A DNA stretch of 64,000 nt from the human T2T-CHM13v2.0 reference genome, Homo sapiens: the NCBI RefSeq assembly GCF_009914755.1, contig NC_060926.1. The stretch is one strand, 5' to 3'. The notes beneath the pieces were generated by a model. The model ran no database searches and was not told the origin of the DNA. It saw nothing but the letters and a program-made list of their open reading frames with translations. This document shows, piece after piece, positions 53,614-64,000 of this stretch. Made by a program: the position numbers and the translations under genes. Within the stretch, counting starts at the first letter, position 1. Every line of letters begins with the position of its first letter.

Positions 53614-54848
53614 TTATTAGATACCATCTTCTAATGCATATTTTATACATTATTTTCTCCCATCATTTCCTGGAGTCCTAATGATTACACAATAAATAAT
53701 GAGAACCTCACTGGAAAAGGAGTCCTTTTGCAATACATGGTTCTGCTACCTGGTCTTCAGAATAATGCAGACACCTTTAACTAAAGAGTATTGTGACATG
53801 GTATGCTTTGTCGTCTCATACCTTGTAATTGTCTATATTCCATATATAAATTATAAATCTTGCAAAGATGAACACTACCCCAAGGCCATGGTCAGAAGTG
53901 TCACTAAATTTTTGTGTCACTAGCTTTCTGATTGCTATGATTAAGCCCCCAGAGGAGAGCCCCTGCAGACAAGCTAGAGAAAGTTGCTTTCTAGCCTGAA
54001 ATGCAAGCCAACAATTGTGCCTAACGGCCAACCCAAGAAACCTGTTTCCTTACTGGAGAACACACTAGTTATTTTGGCTTTCTGAAAGGCTTATACCATA
54101 TGCATTCTGTACCTACAGAAATGTCAGTGCGAATTCTTAGTACATGTTATAACCATTGTAAGAACTAACTGTGATCCTAACTTTCATACAAGATACAAAT
54201 CCATTTCTTATAAATATTCTATAGCCAGGGAGCAGGGGATGATGTATCGTTTATTAGGGCATAATGTAAATATGTCAACGTATTCAGCTATTATTTATAG
54301 TGTTTGAATTACATATGCTAGAATTTTCAGTTTACTTCATTTATCATAGACTGATTTTATTTTTTTCTTGCTTTTTCTTCTACCTCTAACAGTTATTATT
54401 TGACATATTTTTATGCTATTTTCTGGCTCACCTGGGTTCATTTTATTATGTTTTTATTATGGATTTGTTATTTTTATTAATATAAGAACCTACTTTGTCC
54501 CATTTAATTATGTTTGCTTTGAATTCTAGTTAATATTACCCTTATCACTTCAATCTTCTTTTTGCTCACATTTGCTTAAGTATCTCTATGCATCCTTTTA
54601 TTTTTAACCTTCCTAATATTTTGTTTTGTTTTTGTTTTTTGTAAGTGGTTTGCTGCTATTTTCTGATTACATTTTAAATTCTTTACTTTTTGATTAGGTT
54701 GGGTAGCAGGGGAGACTGATGTATTTATAGTATACTTGTGGTTAAAACTGATAGTAAATATAGAGATATTTTTAAATTACCAAACATTATTTAATTTCAA
54801 AGCCAAAACAAATCTAATTAAATTATCTTTTTTAAATTGTATTTCCAG

Positions 54849-55018
54849 GATCTTTTGAGACTTATATTAACCCACAGAAATGGGAAGGCTATTCTAAAAT
54901 GAAACACGAAGATAAACACATGAGACAGGAAAAGGAGGCAGCACACCAAGATCCATGGAGTGCAGGATTGAGTTCTTTCCATAAGCTAATTCTTATTAAA
55001 TGTTGTAAAGAAGAAAAG
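54849..55018 (+). CDS. DNAH6: Dynein HC exon (SFETYINPQKWEG...WSAGLSSFHKLILIKCCKEEK)
   Basis: ttccag acceptor, AAG|gtaggg donor, phase fits the previous exon; LSSFHKLILIKC resembles the dynein L..FQKLL.L.C motif; absent from the ORF track. Confidence 0.9.
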
Positions 55019-55152
55019 GTAGGGCATTTTTTTAATTAAAGGACTGTGTTACAATTATTTCTACTAAAGCTCACTAGCCAGTTATGATTTATAAATTTAT
55101 TTGAGAGTAACAATGGCCAAGTTTGGGAGATGACTCAAAAAAATGAAACATG

Positions 55153-56250
<1,098 letters not shown>

Positions 56251-56460
56251 TCCAGTTTCTATGCATTTAGATATAATTCCTAATTTTATTGTTAATAAGG
56301 GTATAATATTATCTGCTAAGGATTTGATTGGTGAGTTTCAGGAAGCATTAGAGAAAAATGGAGATTGTTCCTTTGGGAAAAGGGAGAAAAAACTAACTGG
56401 AAAAGATGAAAGCATATTTGGGAGGTGTTGATGCTATGTTGTAGGATTTTCTGCTATCTG

Positions 56461-58957
56461 TGTATGTTAGTCTGCTTTGCATTGCTATAAAGGAATGCCT
56501 GAGGCTGGGTAATTTATAAAGAAAGGAGGTTTATTTGGCTCACAGTTCTGCGGCTGTACAAGCATGACACCAGCATTTTCTTGGCTTCTGGTGAGGCTTC
56601 AGGAAGCTTTTACATATGGTGAAAGGCAAAGGGGGAGCAGGCACATCACATGGTGAGAGAGGAAGCAAGAAAGAGGGGAGGGAGACACCAGACTGTTTTA
56701 AACGTCTATCTCTTATGTGAGCTACTAGAGCAAGAATTCACTCATTTCTATGGAGAGGGCACCAAGCAATTTATGAGGGATCCATCTCCATGACTCAAAC
56801 ACCTCCCACTAATCCCTACTTTCAATATTGGGGATCACATTTCGACATGAGATTTGGAGGGGACAAACATCCAAACTATATTATTCCACTCCTGGCCCCC
56901 AAAATCTCATGTCCTTCTCATATTACAAAATACAATCATGCATTCCCAACAGTCCTCAAAAGTCTTAACTCATCCCAGTGCTAACTCAAAGTTTCAAAGT
57001 CCAAAGTCTCATCTAAGACCCAAGGCAAGTTCCTTCCACCTACGAACCCATGAGATCAAAAACAAGTTATTTACTTCCAAGACACAATGATGGTTTGGGC
57101 ATTGGGTAAACATTCCTATTCCAAAAGGGAGAAATCAGCCAAAAGGAAAGGGCAACAGGCTCCATGCAAGTCTGAAACCCAGTAGGGAAGACACTAAATC
57201 TTAAAGCTCCAGAATAATCCTTGACACCATGTCCTGCATCCTGAGCATACCGGTGCAAAGTGTGGGCTCCCAAGGCCTTAGTAAGCCCTGTCCCCATGGC
57301 CTTTTGGGGAGCTGTCCATGTTGACTGCCCTGCTGGGTTGTAGTTGAATGCTTATGGCTTTCCCAGACTGAGGGTGCGCACTGCCAATATCTCTACCATT
57401 CTCACAGCTCCACTAGGCAGCACCCTGGTGGGGACTCTGTGTGGGGGCTCTAACCCCACATTTTCCGTTGACACTACTCTAGTAGGGTCTCTCTATGGGG
57501 ATCCCACCCCTACAGCAGGCTTCTTCCTGGACACCCAGGCTTTCCAATACATCCAATACATTTTTCCAATATAAAATCTAGGTGGATGCTGCCAAGCCTC
57601 CTTCACTCTTGCATTCTGCCCAACTGCAGGCTTAACATCACATGGAAGCCACCAAGGCTTATGGATTTTGCCCTCCAGAATAGCAGCCCAAGCTGTACCT
57701 GGAGCCCTCTGAGCCAAGGGTAGAGTTGGAGATATTGGGATTTGGGGAGCAGCTTCCATAGGTGGCTCAGGACAGCGACGCCCAAGGCTTGTCTACTGAA
57801 ACTATTCTTGCCTCCCAGGGCTCTGGACCTGCAATGGAAGGGACTACCTGGAAGATTTCTGAAATGCCTTTGAAGTCTTTTTTCCCCCTGCCTTGAATGG
57901 TAGCACCTGGCTCCCATTTAGTCATGCTAATCTCTCTAGCAAGTGGTTGTTCTGCAGGCCTCTTAGAATCCTTTCCTGAAAATGCTCTTTCCTTCCCTAC
58001 CACATAAGCACGCTACAAATTTTCCAAATTTTTACCCTCAGTTTCCCTTTTAATTATAAGTCGCAACTTTAAGTCATTTCTTTCCTTCCATATCTGATTG
58101 TAGGCTGTTAGAAGGAGCTATGGCACTTATTGACCACTTTGTGGTGAAAAAATTAGATTATGAAAAATTTGAAATTTCTTCCACCAGATAACCTAGGTCA
58201 TCACTCTTAAATTCAACCTTCCACAAACCCCTAGTGCATGGACACAATACAGCCAAGTCCTTTGCTAAGGCATAACAAGGGTGACCTTTGTTCCAGTTCC
58301 CAGTAAGTTCCTTATTTCCCTCTGAGACTTTATCAGCCTGGCTTTCACTGTTCATATTTCTGTCAGCATTTGGTCACAACTTAGACAGTCTCTAGGAAGT
58401 CCCAAACTTTCCCTCATCTTCCTGTCTTCTGAGCCCTCCAAACTCTTCCAGTATCTTCTCATTACTCAGTTCAAAGCTGCTTACACATTTTCTGGTATCT
58501 TTGTAGCAATGCCCCATTCCTCAGTACCAACTTTCTGTATTGGTCCATTTTGCATTGCTATTTAGAAATGCCTGAGGCTGGATAATTTATAAAGAAAAGA
58601 AGTCCATTGGGCTCACAGTTCTGCAAGCTGTACAAGTATGGCAGCAACATCTTCTTGGCTTCTGGTGAGGCCTCAGGAATCTTTTACATATGGTGAAAGG
58701 CAAAGGGGGAGCAAACATGTCACACGGTGTGAGAGAGAGCAAGAAAGAGGGGAGAGAGGCACCAGACTCTTTTAAACAACTAGCTCTTATATGAACTAAT
58801 AGAGTGAGAACTCACTCATTTCTGTGGGGAGAGCACCAAGCCATTCATGAGGGATCCACCTCCATGACCCAAACACCGCCCACTAGGCCCCACCTCCAGT
58901 ATTGGGAATCATATTTCAACATGAGATTTGGAGGGGACAAACATTCAAACTCTGTCA
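56461..58957 (-). mobile_element. Complete MST(B)-type MaLR element: LTR (56461-56883), internal region, LTR (58536-58957)
   Basis: Two homologous LTRs of about 420 bp around about 1.65 kb of MST-int; polypurine-tract complement after 56883; TSD ATCTG/TTCTG. Confidence 0.88.
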
Positions 58958-59903
58958 TTCTGTAGGAAGACAGAAAATAAGTTATGTGGTTGACCTTAAA
59001 TACAGATGATTATAATAAAAGAATAGAGAATGCAAGACCATTGAGAGTGTTGGTAAGAGTAGTTATAGGAAAAAGAAGAGATATAGAAAGGGCTTATAGA
59101 CTGGGAGAAAAGGAACAAGTAGGTGGAAATTTCTTTGAGAAATGATGTAGTTAGACTAGGGATGTGGCACAGCTGGAAAGATGGGAGAGGTTATAATCAA
59201 AATTGAGCTTAAAATTTCTAATGGGGAGCAGTTCCAAGTGATGACAATGTTCTGAGGTTGACCATGGGTATGGGTGACTGTGAAAGAGATAGGATGTGCA
59301 CTGAAGTTAGAAGCCAAGGAACTGCAAGGTTAGGCTGTTGGATGTCCACATGAACCCTGAACCTGGGTTGTGTCACCTCAGATGGTGCCTGGGATGCAGT
59401 AGATAAATCAGTAACACTTTGTTCAATGGAACAGACATGTAATAGAAAAGAAGGCTGGCTGTGATCCAGGTGGAAAGTCTCCAGTGAATATGGACAATAG
59501 CTACCAGGTTGGATGGTGAAAACATGAGAGGATGACTAGATGCCATGAGTCAAAAAAAGGAATTTTCCAAATAAAGACATTGAAGCTAGAAAATTATAGA
59601 CTATGAAAATTTTTGCAAGTCATACAATCTGATTTCTTTAACAACACGTTTTGTTTGTTTGCTTTTCAAAGGTAAATAGGAGATGATGAAGTTTATAGAT
59701 TAGAAGAGACTTAGGAGACAAAATAATCTCTATGTATAAGCTTTATTTAGATCCTAACTTAACATACTAAATATACATAATTACATACTATTAAATATAC
59801 ACAATAACATACCATTATTTAAACATACGCTCACATACATTTATAATTTATTCAGGGAAATGTGAACACTACATATTTGATAATATTAAGGAATTATTGT
59901 TAA

Positions 59904-60308
<405 letters not shown>

Positions 60309-60539
60309 TAAAGGATAAGATCATATGACGCCTTAGATTTACTTTAAAATAATCCTAGAGGCTGAGGGAGTGGGTGGGTGTGTTAATGAAATAAGATTGG
60401 CCTTGTACTAAAAAATGTTGAAGGTGGGTGAAGCATCAAGTTCACTATTCTCTCATTTTATATTTACTTGAAATTTTCCATAGTAAAAAAATATTTTGAC
60501 TCTTAGTCACATCCTTGAACACCTAAACTCTCTTGCAAC

Positions 60540-61070
60540 ATGTATAACATAGCTGTCCACATGTGACCAAAGCTACAAACAGTAGACACTGTCATACCAA
60601 ATTCACAGAGGTTTCATTGAAAATTCTTATCAATGCCTTCAACCAAAAACCTTACCCAGGTTATGATACCAAACAATTGGTAGCATATATTCACAAATCA
60701 ATACTAATCAGAACCCAGATTAGGTTTCAGAAATTAAGAGCTAGACACCCATTCCAGAGAACACAGGAACCTGGATCAGCCAAGACCAAGGACAGTATCA
60801 CCTGAAGAAAAGATTCAAGTATGACAGTGTTGTCCCAGCTACACCTCCTACCAATTAGAGTCCTCATCAAAGCATTTAGGAACAATCCTTACCCTGCTAT
60901 TGATGCCAAAGAACAACTTGCTGAAGAAATTGGGGCTCAAGAGTGAAGAATCCAAATTCCATTTCAAAACTGAAGATCTGGATTCCCTGACTAGAGAAAA
61001 AGAGTATGTGAAGAAGCCTTATAACTAAGACAAGACTAGAAACAAGACCTCTGTGATGAGAGAGTTCAGG
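60540..61070 (+). pseudogene. DUXAP1: Processed double-homeobox (DUXA) pseudogene, probably DUXAP1
   Basis: HD1-like RHCHTKFTEVSLKILINAFNQKPYPGYDTKQ...QIRFQKLRARH and HD2-like VLIKAFRNNPYPAIDAKEQLAEEIGAQE*RIQIPFQN*RS. Intronless, with frameshifts and stops; 3' boundary approximate. Confidence 0.85.
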
Positions 61071-61508
61071 ATAACCAAACTGTTGTTTCCAGGTCTGTTC
61101 ACAAGCGGAGCTTATTGGGTGACCAGTGCCTCTATATGGTGGAATCAACTGCTCTATTGGGAGAAGGAGGATAGTCCAACAAAGTGGCTTCTGTGGGAAA
61201 CTCTAGTTTTACACAAAAACCAAGCCTTCTTCATAAATAGTGTGTTTAGACCTAAAGATAAAATTTCATTTCAAAAACTCTTAGTAAGCCCCATGGTATA
61301 GGCTCATTAGAACTGCAACAGGAAATAGAATGCTTGTCATCCCAATAATTCTTTCTTTGGCATCAATAGTATCAACTTCTCAGGAAAAGGTTATTAGGAA
61401 TTTGAACTAGAAAGAGAAAAAAACTACCGTAATTCAGAGATGAATAAAGCTTGCTTGATAGAGAATAATTCATCACCACAGAACAAAGCTAAGACAAGTT
61501 CTCTACAC

Positions 61509-61693
61509 CAGTGTTCTCAAATTTTGGTGTACATCAGAATCATTTGGGGGTCTTGTTAAAACAGACTCCTGGGGCCCATCCCCCAGTTTCTGATTCAGTA
61601 GGTCTGGGCTAAAGACCAAGAACCTGCATTTCTAACAAGTTACCACGTGATGCTAATGCTGCGGATTTTGCAAACATACTTTGAGAACCACTG
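61509..61693 (+). mobile_element. MER5A DNA transposon
   Basis: CAGTGTTCTCAAA...TCTGATTCAGTAGGTCTGGG...TTTGAGAACCACTG. Confidence 0.85.
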
Positions 61694-63274
61694 TTTTAAG
61701 GTGATTAAATATACATAAGGAGAAACTGTTTTCAAAGCTGTCAGAGAGATGAGGTCATACATCGTTCCCTGAAGCATCTTGGTTTCCAAGGCTAAATCCA
61801 CTGGGAACTCAAATGTTGGCAGGACTGGTGTTTCCATCCAGGTTTCCTCCACCTCACAAAGAAGGCAGTTTCTGTGACAGCTGGTTTTCTCTGTTGAAAA
61901 CCATAGAGAAACCAGAATTATGATGAATCTCACTTAGAGCAACAATTGCAAGTTTTTCCCAATTTGGTAAAACCCAGATGTATGAATGCAGTGTTAAGTC
62001 CTTATTGTTAATTCTGCCATGTGCTGACTATTTATTTAAGCAGAATATCCCATGGAAGAAAATTCCCCAAAAGAGTCTCGTTGATGCTTGGCACAACTAC
62101 TTGCTAAGTAAGAAAGATCTCTATATCATACAGATTAAGCAAGAGTTACTTGAAAATGTTAAAAATGCCACGTTAGCTGTCACAGACATACTCTTTGATC
62201 ATGTGTAGTAACAACAATTCTAACAACTTTATTGAGGGATAATTTACTTATTATACAATTCACCCATTTAAGATATTCACTTCAATGGCATTTAAGATCT
62301 TCACAGAGTTGTGCAACCATCACAATTTAGAGCATTTTAATAACCCCCCGAAAAAACGCCATACCCATAGCCGTCATCCCCCAGTGCCATCATCACCAAC
62401 ACTAGTCTACTTCTGTCTCTACAGATTTGCCTATTCTGTTTTTTTTGTATCCTGTCCTTTCATTTAACATAATATTTTAAAGATTCGTCTCTGTTGTATC
62501 AAGTGTCTGTACTTCATTCCCTTTTATTGCAAATAATATACTATTGCGTGGATATGCCACATTTTATATATTCATTCTCAGTTGATGAACATTTATGTTG
62601 TTTCCACTTTCTGACTATTATGAATAATGCTGCCATAAACATTTGTGTACAAGTTTTTGTGTGGACATGGGTTTTAATTTATCTTATGTATTTACTTAGT
62701 GAAATTGCTGCATTATATGGTATGTTTAACTTTTTGATGAACTGCCAGACTGTTTTCCTAAAAGGCTGTATCATTTTACATTCCCACCATCAGTGTATGA
62801 GGGTTCCAATTTCTCCACACCCTCACAACATTTGTTATTATCTTTTTTATTATAGCCATCCTAGTGGGTGTGAGATGGTACCTTATGACTTTGATTTGCA
62901 TTTCCCTAATGATAATGAGCATCTTTTCTTGTGCTTTTTGGCTATTTGTGGAACTGTCTATTCAGATTCTTTACCATTTTAAACTGGATTATTTGTCTTT
63001 TTATCATGCAGTTGTAAAAGGTTTTTTTTAATATCCTAGCTACAAGTTTCTTATCAGATATATGATTTGCAAGAATGTTCTCTCATCCTATGGGCTGTCT
63101 TTTCGCTTTCTTGGTAGTGTCCTTTTGAAGCACAAAAGCTTTTAATTTTGATGATGTCCAGTTTATCTATTTTTTTTTCTTCTGTTGCTTGTGCTTTTAA
63201 TGTCACAACTAAGAAACCATTGCCTAATCCAAGGTCATAAATATTTACACCTATGTTTTCTTCTGAGAATTTAG

Positions 63275-63547
63275 CCAGCACTTTGGGAGGCCAAGGCAGG
63301 CAGATCACCTGAGGTCGGGAGTTCGAGACCAGCCTGACCAACATGGAGAAACCCCGTCTCTACTAAAAATACAAAATTAGCCAGGTGTGGTGGTGCATAC
63401 CTGTAATCCCAGCTACTCAGGAGGCTGAGGCAGGAGATTGGCTTGAACCCAGGAGACAGAGGTTGTGGTGATCCAAGATCACACCATTGCATTCCAGCCT
63501 GGGCAACAGGAGTGAAACTCTGTTAAAAAAAAAAAAAAAAAAAAAAA
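63275..63547 (+). mobile_element. Alu (S family), 5'-truncated
   Basis: Begins CCAGCACTTTGGG; A-tail; no clear TSD. Confidence 0.93.
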
Positions 63548-63595
63548 GTACAGTTTTGGCTCTTACATTTAGATCTTTGATACATTTTGAGTTAA

Positions 63596-63889
<294 letters not shown>

Positions 63890-63938
63890 TTGAGTTAATT
63901 TTTGTATATGATGTCAAGTGTGAAGTAAGAGTCCAACA

Positions 63939-64000
63939 TTCTTTTTTTTTCTTTTCTTTTCTTTTTGACGGAGTTTTGCCCTTGTCGCCCAGGCTGGAGT
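63939..64000 (-). mobile_element. Alu 3' end, cut by the window edge
   Basis: T-rich tail then GACGGAGTTTTGCCCTTGTCGCCCAGGCTGGAGT. Confidence 0.85.

Noticed and set aside
62494-62982. 162-aa ORF
   Set aside because: Lies on the opposite strand of a decayed L1MB 3' region

Overview
Primate (almost certainly human) genomic DNA lying entirely inside a large + strand axonemal dynein heavy-chain gene, recognised as DNAH6. Eighteen internal coding exons (4020-55018) splice into one open frame of 3220 nt (about 1073 codons) covering AAA4 (P-loop GVGGTGKQS), the coiled-coil stalk with the microtubule-binding domain, and AAA5 plus its extension. One intron has a GC donor. The introns hold many Alus (one human-specific AluYa5), L1s (one about 7.3 kb, near full length, antisense), MaLR LTRs (one complete LTR-int-LTR), DNA-transposon relics and microsatellites. 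The last intron hosts a processed double-homeobox DUXA-type pseudogene (probably DUXAP1). The most unusual signals are a perfect 29-bp-arm palindrome with a nested hairpin at 24609-24687, a 68-nt exon that rebuilds a 5' splice site after splicing, inverted Alu pairs around in-frame exon blocks, and a sense THE1 LTR 27 nt from a weak donor. I see no evidence of a wholly new biological system. Repeat subfamily names come from memory of consensus sequences, not from a search.
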